Below are positions 14,401-29,290 of a DNA stretch of 64,000 nt, in pieces. Origin of the DNA: the human T2T-CHM13v2.0 reference genome, Homo sapiens; assembly GCF_009914755.1 (NCBI RefSeq), contig NC_060930.1; one strand, 5' to 3'. The notes under the pieces were generated by a model. The model was given only the letters and a program-made list of their open reading frames with translations, did not search any database and was not told the origin of the DNA. Position 1 is the first letter of the stretch; the number at the start of each line of letters is the position of its first letter. Made by a program: the position numbers and the translations under genes.

Positions 14401-16534
14401 GGGACACTGTTGTCAAAAAGAATCCTCCGTTTCACGGGCTACATAGCAGCAACTGCCATACCAAATATCTTTTCTGCCATTCCTGAATCTCAGACAGAGA
14501 CTTCTCTCTCTAGAAATAAAGACAGTCTAGGGGAAAAAACAGTGGTGGAGAGATAAAATCTTTAAAATGTTGCATTAGGAGTTCTTCTCTTTTCCTCCCT
14601 TTACTTTGTGTGAGGACAGTGACTGCCGCAGCTAGCCGCTCCCTCAGCCACCCTGAATGTATAGTTGCCTCCAGTGCCCCAGGGCCAGAAGAGATTTCTT
14701 TACGGGAGATGCAATCAGCTCTAACCAATCAGTAAGAAGGGTTAATCAGCTGATCGATTGGTCCCTGAGCAGCTGGGACCTGGCTCCTCTCTGACTGGCT
14801 CTAGCCTGGCCTTGGGGTAAGAGGTTGGGAACTTTTAATTATCCACAGCAGCCACTGCTCTGATTGAATGGTCAATGGGTTTACTACTGAGGCGGCGCTG
14901 CTTGAATAATAATAGAAAACAATGTGGATGCCGGCAAGTGCAAACAGAGGGCCAGAAAAGGCACTTGGATATGTAGAATGCACGTTAAGATGAGTTAATT
15001 GCCTGGCAGAAACCAAATTTCAAAGGTCTTGAAAGGTGTTTTATGGAAGCAGAGTAGATGCTTGGGGAGGCATCAGCGAGATCACATTTTTTTCTTTTGT
15101 GACTCTTGGGTCTGTGACCATTGCTGGCTACACAATGTTGCCCCAGGACAAAGGATAACTTGCTTACCCCAGTGGTTAAAGAAATGATCACTGGAGGAAA
15201 TCTGTATTTTGACATTTGCAGGCACTGTCAGGGTTTAATTATTTTTCTTTGTAAACTTCCTTGAAAAATAATCATTCCCTAGTTCCACTATGTAAGATGT
15301 GCTCATGGGGTGGGGAGGTTGGGTGGCATAATTAAATCATGCCAAGAAATATAGCGTTAACACCCAAAGGTTTTTAAAAGCTTTGTTCGACTGTGTGTTG
15401 TGGAGATCTTTCTACTTCACCCTCCCTAAGCAGAATAAATCATCAATCCAATAACTCACTACAATATGCTGATCTTTCCTTTCCCGGGTTAAACAGCTCA
15501 CTCGTAGTGGTTCCTTCTTCCCTTGAACATAAAAACCAACAAGTGCCTCCAAATAAAAATGGTATTTGTGTTCAAGTCCTCTGAGAGTGTCACAGTGGAG
15601 GCAAATGCCCCAAAAGGGCAAACAGCTCCATGCCCTGGCAGTGGGGTTAGCAAAAGATGTAAGCAATTTCACAGAACTGCTGAAAAGGATGTTTGAGTTC
15701 AATTTTTTTAAAAAAAAGAAAGAATAGTCCATTTGGCACAGAGACTCACGTTTGGAGGGGTGGTGGGAAAAGGCAACTAGACCCCTCTGGAAGGTATCCC
15801 CTGGAATCCTGGTCAAGATCTTCAAATTATCAGAGATCAGAAATCATCCTATTTCAGCAGATTCCACGTTAAAAATGTGCCTTTCTCCAGTGATCTCACA
15901 TAAACACTAGAGCTCATCAGGCTCCGCTGGAGTCATTACTATTTATATTACCATACCCTGGCTGTGTGCAGTCAATTCATAATTGTCCAGTTTTTCTAAT
16001 TAATCACAAAAGATTTTTGTTTTGCCTGCAGCTAGTTCTGGGGTGACTCACGACGGCAAGCCAAAGCTCATACATCAAACACAGGCCCTCTCTCACTCCA
16101 GCCTTCTGCTGGGAAGGCTGCTCTGCGCCTCTCGACCAAAGAGGCACGCACTGGGCATGTGCGGCCCCGGGCGCAGGAGAAGCCGGAGATCCGTCCTCTA
16201 CTGTGTGACTTGTTATTTTTATCTGATGCTTGCATTCTCGGGCCAAGTCAGACCCAAAGAGCACGGCCAGGTTTCTAAATTCAGAGCCCTGTTGCTCTGG
16301 TTCCTGTTCCTCCCTCTTTTCTGTGTTCCTCCTCGTTGTCTTTCATCAAATTAAGACTATAGTGCTTCCAAGAGAGAGATTAGGACATCATTTTTCATAT
16401 TCTTCAGTCCTTTCAATGGTGACCTTTTATGGAGGCAACAACAAAGAATGTCACCAGAAGAAGGAGGGAAGAAAGCACAGCTTCTGCATTTTATTCTACC
16501 AAATCCACATCAAGGCAGGGCAGGAGGAAATATC

Positions 16535-17173
<639 letters not shown>

Positions 17174-17369
17174 TGAAATCTTCAGGACTCAAGCAGATGC
17201 TTTGGAACTGTCAGATGACTCCTAGTTGCTGATTTTATATATTGATTAATTTTGCAAGCCTCATATACTTAATACTATTCTTGATATGTCCTGATAGCAG
17301 ATATAGTCCATGTAGCACCGGATATAAACTTTTCCTTGTGTAAGACACTGTTTACAAGTCCACAATGCT

Positions 17370-17700
17370 CCCACCTGCCGATCTCCCCAAACCCCACTTG
17401 TCCTTTAGGTTTAACTAGATATCACCTCTGCTGAGAACTCAGTCTCCCCTGACCACTCACCCCCCATCCCCAGACACCTGTTCCTGACACCTGTGAGATG
17501 CGTCTTTTCTGCACTCCCGTCAAAGCCTATGCTGCCTGTGTCATAGCACACGTCACAGGCTGTTGAAATTACTTTTGTGCCTGCCTGCTTCCCTCGCATG
17601 GCCATGTGCCCTGTGAGAGGAGGGATCGTGGTGCTCATCCTAAGCTCGGCCCGTGACTCCATGTGTGCCTCCAGGAGAGAAATACCTCTGAGAAGAGATT
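17370..17700 (+). mobile_element. L2 fragment
   Basis: Degenerate L2 3'-region motifs (atcacctctgctgagaa...ccctgacc). Confidence 0.4.
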
Positions 17701-18239
17701 TATCATTGGATGGGAAGGTCATAGTGAGTGTGAAGGAGAACGATGATGAAACTTAACTTTTTAGATTTATTTCCCAAGTTATTTACCCTTCTAGTGTTAC
17801 CTTCACCTGTCCACCCCCTCACTGGTGCCCTATTCTGTTAACTCCAGAGAATTCAGTCTCCCTCGCCAGCCCCTGCATTCTTTAGTTCATTTTGAATCAT
17901 AACAACAATAAAATTGAAGAACGCTCTTATTGTCTCCTGATTAGGGAGAGCCAAGCATACCTGGAGTTGTGTTTTGGCTCTTGGCTCTCTCCCTTTCTGC
18001 AACCTATTTGCATATATGAGGAGTGGGGGCGGAGAGGGGGGGACATCAAAGGGACAAGCTGCTTGTTTGATCTAATTAGTCTATTTTTCATTCTTTCCAA
18101 AAACACTGGGGAAGGGGAATTCCAGATAGTCCTGGGATCTCTGTGAGGTAAATTAGTTTTTAGGCAGGGAGGCCTGGATTTTCTTTAACACGATAGCTGC
18201 ACCATGAACAAAAAAACTGAGATCACCAGCCCTTTGGAC

Positions 18240-18915
18240 TTCATATAAATTCATACATTTTTATTGAGCACTTGCTGTGTTTTGGCACACATTGGGTGCT
18301 CCGGGCACCTACTCTTATTTATAAGCAAACATCAAGCTTGCTAGTCTTCTGGGGCGACAAAACCTCCGCAAGCTATTACAAGCCTAGAAAGGTAAATAAC
18401 TTGGTGTGGTGGAAGGATATTCACGCACCATGGAAACTTGCAATGGAAGGGACTCCTATGGTCTAAGGGACTCCTATGGTCTGAGGTGGGAGCATCCCAC
18501 AAAAAGTGCATGAAGTTCCTTTTAAGTCTAGTCGTGAAGAATGACAAGGCTAGACGTGCTCTGCAAGCAGATGGAAATGAGTGAGCTATGCTCCCTCCCT
18601 GAGGAGGAGGAAAATGTCCACAGCTGGGGCATGGAAAGGGAATGGAAGCTCAGCTCTCCCAGTCACTGAGCTCTCCATAGGGAGCGCCTTGTACACCACA
18701 GAAAAAAATTTCAATCGTGTCCCAAGGACACTGGGGAAGCACTAAAGACGAGTTTTAAACAGGTGCATTCAAGACTCAGATTTCTGTTGTCTACAGGGCT
18801 CTCTGGTTGGGGTGTGGAGATCAGAGAGAGGTAAGATGGGGAATGGGGGATTCATCAGGCAGCCCCTGCAGAGATCTAGTGAGAAATGATGGCAACCTGG
18901 ACGGGAGTGGCCACC
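18240..18915 (-). mobile_element. L2 fragments running into the VNTR
   Basis: catttttattgagcacttgctgtg (reverse L2 3' end); gtgagaaatgatggcaacctggac. Confidence 0.55.
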
Positions 18916-19548
18916 GTGGGGATGGGAGGAAGTGGAGGGTTTTCCATGGGGATAGAGGGATGTGGGCAGGTTTTCCGTGGGGATAGAGGGACGTGGGGGT
19001 TTTCCGTGGGGATGGAGGGATGTGGGCAGGTTTTCGGTGGGGATGGCGGGACGTGGGCAGTTTTCCGTGGGGATGGCGGGACGTGGGCAGTTTTCCGTGG
19101 GGATGGCGGGACGTGGGCGGTTTTCCATGGAGATGACGGGACGTGGGCGGTTTTCCGTAGGGATGGAGGGACGTGGAGTGTTTTCCGTGGGGATGGAGGG
19201 AAGTGGCGGGTTTTCCGTGGGGATGGAGAGACATGGCGGGTTTTCCGTGGGGATGGAGGGACGTGGGTGGGGTTTCCGTGCGGATGGCGGGACGTGGGCA
19301 GTTTTCCTTGGGGATGGCGGGACGTGGGCGGTTTTCCGTGGAGATGACGGGACGTGGGCGGTTTTCCGTAGGGATGGTGGGACGTGGGTGAGTTTTCCGT
19401 GGGGATGGAGGGACGTGGAGTGTTTTCCATGGGGATGGAGGGACGTGGGCGGTTTTCCGTGGGGATGGAGGGATGTGGCGGGTTTTCCGTGGGGATGGAG
19501 GGACGTGGGCGGTTTTCCGTGGGGATGGAGGGACGTGGGCGGGGTTTC
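18914..19548. repeat. G-rich minisatellite (VNTR), ~21 units of ~30 bp
   Basis: Consensus unit TTTTCCGTGGGGATGGAGGGACGTGGGCGG. Confidence 0.97.
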
Positions 19549-19789
19549 GAGGCATTCAGAAGGTGTTAAGAGAAGACGAAGGAAAAATGAATGGTGGAAC
19601 TCTCCTGAAGAACAACTAAGATTTGTTTCTTCAGTATTTCAGGCGTTCAATCCTGCTTTGTCTAGTGACTTTAAGCCCAAGAAATCTGAAACTTAATGAG
19701 TTTGGGAAAAGTAAATTAGGGGTGAAACTGTGGCACGCACTACTGCTGACTGAAACAAGACCCAGCTGAGGACATTTTCTTAACTAATA

Positions 19790-19842
19790 TCTCTCTCTCT
19801 CCCTCTCTCTCTGTCTCTCTCCCTCCCTCCCTCCCTCCCTCT
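19790..19842. repeat. (CT)n/(CCCT)n polypyrimidine tract
   Basis: Directly visible. Confidence 0.9.
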
Positions 19843-20767
19843 GTATCATGAAATTGCACACTCGCCCATTCGCACCTATTTGGAACCAAAAGAGACTTGA
19901 GGCAGCAATCCGATTTACTTTACAATCCCGACCTACACCCACCCCACCTCTTACCCAAATAAAGGAGCATTGCACTCGCCTGCCACACACAATTCACTCT
20001 TCATTGGGGCCAGGAGGCACCTGAGAGGCTCTAGAAAAGCTCATTCTCTTTTTGAGACTTAAGTTTCTCCCTTGTTACATTGGAGAAGAGTAGAAATCAT
20101 ATTTATTCAATTCTCTGCAAATGGCATGAGTAGTGAGTGATCAGATAAACCAAATTGAACTCTGAAGGCCAATGCCCTAAAACCACAAAAAATTCTTCTC
20201 TGAGAGTGAGTCTGACGTTCCAGCCTCCGCCATCCTCCCCAACCCCACTCCCACCTTAGTGAGAGCAACGATAAACATTTGGATGAGTAAGTTACTGACT
20301 TCAGAGACCTGCTACCGATAGCCTCAGAATAGTCACCCAGAAAGAGAATTTTAAATCTATTCGAAAATTCTAGAAGTAAAATTTTATTATCTGAGACTAA
20401 AAGTAAGTTAGGAATTATAAAATATCGACAGCAAGGGCATTTCATATCAATAACAACTCTAGGCACAGTTAAGTACCTTATCAGGTTTCTAGTTGCATTT
20501 TTTCCCTAATTCATAATATCCTAGACAGCCAATTTCTCCTTCCCTGGGAAGGATTCTGAATTCTCAATATGAGCCTTTTTTTTTTCTAACAAAGAATAGC
20601 TACACAAGTGGCTTTTAATTCTCTAATGCTCATATAATAGGGGTCTTGATGCTAAAAATAGGCACTCTCTCAGGTAGCTGCATAAGGATAAATTCCCTTC
20701 CTACTCCTCTTGAAGGAGTTTTGAAAAACGAAAGAGAACAGCTTCATTTTTAAAACTACCATTTGTA

Positions 20768-21137
<370 letters not shown>

Positions 21138-21358
21138 CTAAACCCAATCCATCTCTTTCTTCATTTAACTGAGATTGTGTATATGGAGTAACAAAATTCC
21201 AAGTCAACACAATGGCATGGCATCTTAGAGCCTATTGAAAAAGGATTTGAACTCTAGAGTGCACACAAACACGGGGCAGGGCAAGGAGATGATAAAGGAG
21301 AATCCCCTCAGCTTCATTCCTGGGCCTCAGACTAAATATTGCAAAGTAAGAAAGGATA

Positions 21359-21663
<305 letters not shown>

Positions 21664-22200
21664 AGGATATAGGAAAACATTGGGGATTTGATTGGAGAGA
21701 AGTTTTTGTAGGAGCAAAGGATGTCCTCTTTTCCAATCATTAAAAGCATTCCTTATTTTCCCTTTTTAACCTGTGCTTCCAATTCTACCTCTTACCCAGG
21801 AATCTGCTTCTAGCTTCTTTTCCACAAGTGGGAACCTGATCTGGGAAGAGGCCTTCTGGAGAAATCTCACTTGTCCTGGTTGGAAAAAGCCCTGGGAAGA
21901 CTCAAGCACAGTCCCTGGTCTGGTCTGTGTACCTGAGCACATGGCTACTGAGCTCTCCTAAGTCCTGGGGTATAGGTTCTCTAGAGCTGGCACTAAAAGT
22001 CGGGTTCCAGGATAAGTCAGCCATTCTTTCCAGAGCTTCCCTCAATCAGCTGGAATGGAGACACACTTCCTCCAGACAGATGGACCAGTAGGGCAGAGTG
22101 GGAGCACTGAGATGGCACTGTCCTCTCCATAATGTCCAGGACAATGACCAACCCTGGATGGGAGCCTCTTTGTACTCTGGCTGCTTTTGTCTCGGTGGCT

Positions 22201-22509
<309 letters not shown>

Positions 22510-22729
22510 CCTATGGCTTTCTAGGAGTGCTGGGATGGCTAAGCAATGCCACGTAGCTGAGGCAAAGGAAGGCATTGGTTTCCCATGCTACCTCCTCTTT
22601 CTGCTGTCTTGCCATCCTTTTTTTTCATTTTTACTTCCAGATTTTCAGTCAAAGGAAAGATACGTTCATGCATTTAAGCACTTGGCCTCAAAATAAAAAT
22701 CTAAGCTGAAAGCAAACTTCGAAGACTTG

Positions 22730-22990
22730 CTCTTCCATGAGTCATTTTCTAGCAGTATAGAAATTACAACTACAGCTCAAATTAAAAAAAAAAAATGCTC
22801 AGCATCTCATTGAGAAGCTCACCTCTCCTACAACTTTTGAAGAGTTGCAGATGAGTCAGGGTAAGGCGGGAAGCTGAAAACTCAAGTCGCTTTACTTTAG
22901 ATTCTGTGATTTTTCATCCTTTAGCTAAAGCTACAATTACAGAGAAGGTTCTCAATCACCAGTATTCTGGAAGTGAGTCATCAGATGAAC
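22730..22990. promoter_or_regulatory. Candidate AP-1/ETS enhancer
   Basis: TGAGTCA at 22738, 22852, 22974; GGAAGTGAGTCA composite 22969-22980. Confidence 0.5.
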
Positions 22991-24601
22991 TGGGAATGAA
23001 GCTATTACTGAGTGTCTGCTCTTCAGAGACAGAGAGAAGTGGATTGAGGTGGAGTTTTTGCTGATTTATAAGCATTAAATCAGATGAGGATAATGGCAAA
23101 TATGCCTAGCTTTCTTATAACACCATATGAACAGCAATCATTCTCCAATACCTTAGAGGAGTAGCTCACAACACGCAGGTAATATAAGCAGCAGGAAAGG
23201 AGGTTGAAAGTGACTTTCTGTCATCCCCGCATTAGTGGAACGGTAAGATGAATGTTGCGTCTTGAAATGCCTCGCATTTTTTTGCCTGCTATTATTAACC
23301 TTGCATGCTTCTAAGCAGCACGGGGTCCTGGAGAAAAAGGTTCTAACAAGTGGATATTTGAGGGCAGAGATTGCGATCAGAGGTAGGCTGAATTGTATTT
23401 GCTTCCTTTAACCTTCCTTTGTGCTTGCCATCCACTATGTTGATGCAGCTGCTCCTTCCAGTTAGAAAGACTTCACAAATGCAGCAGCGAAATGGAGCTG
23501 GGTTCAGCGCAATGTTAGATTCAAATAAGGTACCTCCATCGCTCCTCCAAGACAGTGGGAAAGTGCCCATCAGAGAAGTGTTGAAGGGCGTGTCCTCAAG
23601 GCCAACTACAAACATCATAAGGGGCTTTGTGTTTTACAGCATCTTCTCTCTCCTGGTATGGGTCCTCTACTCTGATTTTCCTTTTTATCAGGCTAAAGAG
23701 GATATATTTTATCACGATGGCTTTATATCCAATGTGTACAGGCCAACACAAATAAGGGTATTACAAGTTAAAGAACTGTACCTCAGGCACCATTTTATTA
23801 GAACTAGTGTTCACATCAAACAATACATCCTAAGTACTTTATATTAAGCGTGGACAAATCATTTGCCTGAGGATTAGATGTTGTGCCATTGAAATGTAAT
23901 CCTGCTGTTGATTTTTTTCTTAACTGCCAAACCAAACATGGTCAAAGAAGTAACTCTAAAAGCTGCAACAGGAGCAATCTTATCCTACATTTCACGCATA
24001 GAATAAAAACTGGAGCTGAAACTAGTGTAACACGGCAATATAAATTGCAGTTTCACTCCACTGCACACTTCTCTGTGGTGTCTAATATATGTGACTAAGT
24101 TTGCTTTGATTATCAGAGTGTACCAATTACAGTGCATTCTCAAAGCATATAAAACAGATTATATACACTTAGCATTATAAAGAAAGCAGTGCCCAGTAGA
24201 AGTCTAGCAAGACCACCTGAATTCCCATCAATGTGGCACGTTCCCAAGTAATCCGCTTGGCCCTTCTTCTCAGCTATCCCATCCCTAAAGGCGAGAGAAT
24301 GAGGGGGAAGTCCTAGTGCAAAGGACCACTGTGGCAGGTGATTTTACTCTCTCAGGGCAGGGCCGTATTCTTTAGGACACTGGAAAAATAATTTGCAAAT
24401 AGTCATCAGAGATTTGTTACATTGTGGTTTCTGAGTTCTTATGCTATGGAATTTGTCTTATAATCAAAGACACTTTTTTAAAAAAGTCCAGATACGACAT
24501 CCTATTGCAGTACATCCTTGCCTTATTCCAAATTCCATAAAGATTTGCCAGGTGAAGAGGACACATACATCAATGTAATATAGTGGTTAAGAATGGAGTC
24601 A

Positions 24602-24887
24602 GGGTCGGGTGCAGTAGCTCACACCTGTAATCCCAACACTTTCGGAGGCCAAGGCAGGTGGATCACGAGTCCAGGAATTCAAGACCAGCCTGTGCAATAT
24701 GGTGAAACCCCATCTCTACCCCCAAAAATATACAAAAATTAACTGGATGTGGGGATGCATGCCTGTGGTCCCAGCTAGTTGGGAGGCTGAAATGGGAGGA
24801 GCGCTTGAACCCAGGAGGTCAAGGCTGCTATAAGCTACGATTGCACCACTGCACTCCAGCCAGGCAACAGAGCGAAACCCTGTCTCA

Positions 24888-24924
<37 letters not shown>

Positions 24925-24933
24925 GAAAAGAAA
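24602..24933 (+). mobile_element. AluJ inserted in a MIR
   Basis: Alu; TSD aagaatggag; (GAAAA)n tail. Confidence 0.9.
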
Positions 24934-25110
24934 GAATGGAGCCAGACTTTCTGAGTTTGCATCTTTGTTCTGCCATCTGTGCTATTTAATCTTGAGTAAT
25001 TTACTCAACCTCTCTGGGCCTCAGTTTCTTAGAAGATGGGAAGAAGAAGAAGAATATCTATCTCCTAGGTGTCTGTGAATATTGAATGAGTTCACCAATA
25101 GGAATTACTC
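24934..25110 (+). mobile_element. MIR (5' part at ~24570-24600)
   Basis: ttactcaacctctctgggcctcagtttctt core. Confidence 0.65.
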
Positions 25111-25589
25111 TTAGCTTTTTTCCCTCACTCTTAACATTAACTCTAGTGCTGTATTCAGAAGGGAGAGTTCCCACTTCCTGTCTTCAGTTCTCTCTGTGAC
25201 ACCCAGACTGTTTTTCTATCACAGCAGAAATAAGCTGTGCAAGGAGAACTCTGATCAGAGGAGACAATACTTGAGCTGGCAGGAACTCTTCTCCGTACAC
25301 ACTTCTGTGACGTCGGTAAGGCTGGTTACCTTAAAGTCTCAACTTAATAACTTTTCTTCCAGTCTAACTGTAATGCAGATACTTCTCTCTGGATCGGTCT
25401 GCTAAAACCATGCCACCTGCACAGGTGTGTCAAGCAGGAACATGGGAAATGCAATGCTGGCGTCAACAGTGGACCCTCTGTAGATGTGGGGTGCAGAAAG
25501 AGTATGACAATTATTAGCAACTACATTGGAAAATTTTTAATAGTCAAACAGAATACTTGGGTAAGTTACTAATGCTTGATTGGATTTAT

Positions 25590-25870
25590 TAACTCATGGA
25601 ACCAAACCTTTATTGATTGCCTAATTCATGGCAGGCATCGTTCTTGGTTACTGGGGTTACAAAGCCTGAGGGACTGAACGAGTAGATTCGCTTGATCATT
25701 CGTTCACTCATTTGTTCACCTGTGCCTTCATTTAACTAGCGTTTATGTATAGCGTTTCTGTATTTATGTGCCAGTCCCTGTATGAGACACTCCAGTAAGC
25801 GAGACAGGGATACCAGTGTCCCTGGGGACATACCAGTTCCTGAGTCTCTTGGTCTAAGAGTTTCTGAAAA
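25590..25870 (-). mobile_element. L2 3' end fragments
   Basis: tttattgattgcctaattcatggcaggcatcgttctt; cattcgttcactcattt. Confidence 0.5.
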
Positions 25871-26351
25871 TAACCCACACCTTGTAAATACTCACTAAAT
25901 ACTTATGGCCTGAGAAATTACAGGAAGCCTCTCTTGTCAGCAATATCCAGCACTCATTTTTGTTGTAGGCCTTTAATCTTCCCCAGTCACAAACCAAAGC
26001 AGTTCAGCATATTCAAAACATAGGCCCCTTCATAATCTGCTTCCGACGGGCTCGTTCTCAGGTCCACTTTGCAATATCTGATTAAACATATAAAGGGGAG
26101 GGCTTCTCGTTTCAGAGATCCTGGAAATCAATCAAGAAGGAATCAATCAAGTAGAAATCAATGAACAAGGTGGGCAGCCTCCATGGGTCCAGCCTTCCTG
26201 AGTATGTCTCTGTCACTGAAAAGAAAAGGAAGTATGTGAAAACAGAGCAACGGGTGCTTCTTTCCCACAGAATTGCCTACAAAACATTAAGAGACGAATG
26301 CCATCATCTGTCTATTTTCCTGAATAAATAAAATATAGAAAAGTCAGATGG

Positions 26352-26652
26352 GGCCGGGTGAGGTGGCTCACACCTGTAATCCCAGCACTTTGGGAGGCCA
26401 AGGCGGGCGGATCACAAGGTCAGGAGATCGAGACCATCCTGGCTAACACGGTGAAACGCCGTCTCTACCAAAAAATACAAAAAAGTTAGCCGGGCGTGTT
26501 GGTGGGTGCCTGTAGTCCCAGCCACTCAGGAGGCTGAGGCTGGAGAATGGCATGAACCCGGGAGGCGGAGCTTGGAGTGAGCCACTGCACTCCAGGCTGG
26601 GCGACAGAGCAAGACTCTGTCTCAAAAACAAAAAAGAAAAGAAAAGAAAAGA
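26352..26652 (+). mobile_element. AluY
   Basis: Y diagnostics; TSD agaaaagtcagatgg. Confidence 0.9.
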
Positions 26653-26659
26653 AAAGTCA

Positions 26660-26958
<299 letters not shown>

Positions 26959-27265
26959 AAAAGTCAGATGGTCTGGTGGGGTAAGACGGGTGGAGTAAGG
27001 GAACTCCTTGCTTCTAAGGGTTAGTGTAGGAAAGTTCCAGAATGTTGGGGTCCTCTGTTCTGCATGGATAATTGCCCTGTCAGTCCAGGTGAGTGACTTC
27101 CTCCCCAGTGCCCCCATTTCAGTCTGGGGTGAATTTAGGAGAATTCTAAACACGTTCACCATGAGCTTCTCACCAGCTCCGTGGCATTTGGGACAGAAGA
27201 GCTCGCACACCTTTTTATGCACCACAGTGAGTTGCATTTGTCTTCAAGAACTCTTCATTCTATCT

Positions 27266-27560
<295 letters not shown>

Positions 27561-27738
27561 TCCCATCACTCTATTTTTTTTTTTTTAAAAAGGTTCTAAG
27601 CTAAGGCATACAGCAGTACTCATGGTTTTTATTTACCCCTTAGCATTATACATTTATTTTAAATGGATAACTAATTTCTTTCAAACCCAGTTTTCATATC
27701 TTTTGGAGTAGCAGTTTCATAACAAAAGCATTTATCAG

Positions 27739-28002
27739 TTTGGAGGCCAAGGCAAGAGGATTGCTTGAGTCCAGGAGTTCTAGACCAGCCTGCACCATAC
27801 AGTGAGACCTTGTCTCTACCAAAAAATCAAAAAACTAGCCAGGTGTGGTGGCGTGCGCCTGTAGTCCTAGGTACTCAGGAGGCCAAGGCAGGAGGATTGC
27901 TTGAGCTAGGGAGGTCGAGGCTGAAGTGAGCTGTGTTCACACCACTGCACTGCAACCTCGGCAAGAGGGTGAGACTTTGTGTCACACACGCACACAAAAA
28001 AC
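27739..28002 (+). mobile_element. 5'-truncated AluJ
   Basis: TSD aaaagcatttat. Confidence 0.85.
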
Positions 28003-29039
28003 CCTAAAAGCATTTATTTATCTGATGAATATTCCAGTCATTAGTAAATGATTGCCTCTACTTGGTACTCTGAAGGAATTGGTAAATCTTTAAGTACTTG
28101 AAACTTTAACAATCTAAATAAAAATCAGAAATATTTCAGACTTCTTTTCAAATGCAAATCTTACCTACCACCCACTCCACAAACTTCCTCAGTACAGCTC
28201 TTGACGTTTTAATATAGAGAACATATGTTGTTTTCAACCTTAGATTTCTCCAACTATTTTCTACAAGAGAAATATTATGACGATTAACATTATAAAATGT
28301 TTTTCTTCTATACAGGTAAGAGAGTTTTCTAGTATTAATGTCCCATGGAGTTCCCCCTAAATGTCACAAATCATTTGGGAAATACTTAAGAAGTAGATTT
28401 GTATATGTAGCTCTCACATACACACCTCGTTACATAGAAACCTGATACATGAAATTCACTATTACAGAATTTAGAAACTAGCAAACTAACTCAATTACAC
28501 TTTATCCCAAAGCTTCTTTTATATAATTTTCAAGTTACATTCAGTCCTATATTCCAGTAACATGCCCCACCCTCTTGCTTCATTTACTGAAATAATTAGG
28601 CTCAACCTCTTTGGTATTTCTGCATTTTCTCTGGTTTAGAGGGGCCTGGTGATTCTAACACAGTGCCTTCTTATTGTTCTGTATAACAAGCTCTGAGTGA
28701 TCAAAAGGAGGTGCACATTTGCTCCCAATGGAAAATAATGAAGTGTCAATTTGTTAGAAACAGATGCCTCTTCAATCCAATGTGACTGCTCAGTTAAGAA
28801 ACTTTTTTGCTTGCTGAGAAAGGGAGGAAAGCAAAGCAAAAGAGTCATTAGGTCATTTAATGAGTTGAATTATCAAATGTGATTTTAATACACATACATC
28901 CAGTTGTATAATGAAATGATATAGGCTTTAATACATACAAATCCATGTTAGAGAAAAGTTCAGGAGTGCAGCTGTTCTAAAGGGGCCTTGCACCTGCAAT
29001 CCATCAGATGCTGCAGACTTTGAAGTTTTCTTCTGGTAT

Positions 29040-29290
29040 AACTTTCAAGTTAATCACTCCTCCCTCTCTGCTACGTTGGTCTTTGTATAAATTTCTATTT
29101 ATGACTTTACTGTTGTGTTTGTTTTCTTGTCTATCTCCTCTGCTGGACTGTAAGGTACTTGAGGGAAGGACCTGTGACTTATTGATCTTTGCACCTCCTG
29201 GCACAAACTGGCATTCAGCAAGCACATATCAAACACCATGTACCAGTGACCTATCTGCTGTGCAATAAAAATTGGCGAGTGTTTATTGCT
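29040..29290 (+). mobile_element. L2 3' end
   Basis: tgtctatctcctctgctggactgtaaggtacttgagggaaggacc. Confidence 0.6.

Noticed and set aside
18448-18482. 17-bp tandem duplication agggactcctatggtct
   Set aside because: Real but an ordinary slippage duplication in old repeat DNA.
18914-19548. CRISPR-like 30-bp periodicity
   Set aside because: Head-to-tail units with no unique spacers, in eukaryotic DNA.
18769-19696. Long ORFs (up to 244 aa, Pro/His- or Gly/Trp-rich) on both strands
   Set aside because: Translations of the 30-bp stop-poor VNTR; open in many frames, with no gene context.
23419-23847. 142-aa non-repeat ORF
   Set aside because: Non-ATG start, no recognisable domain, no convincing exon boundaries.
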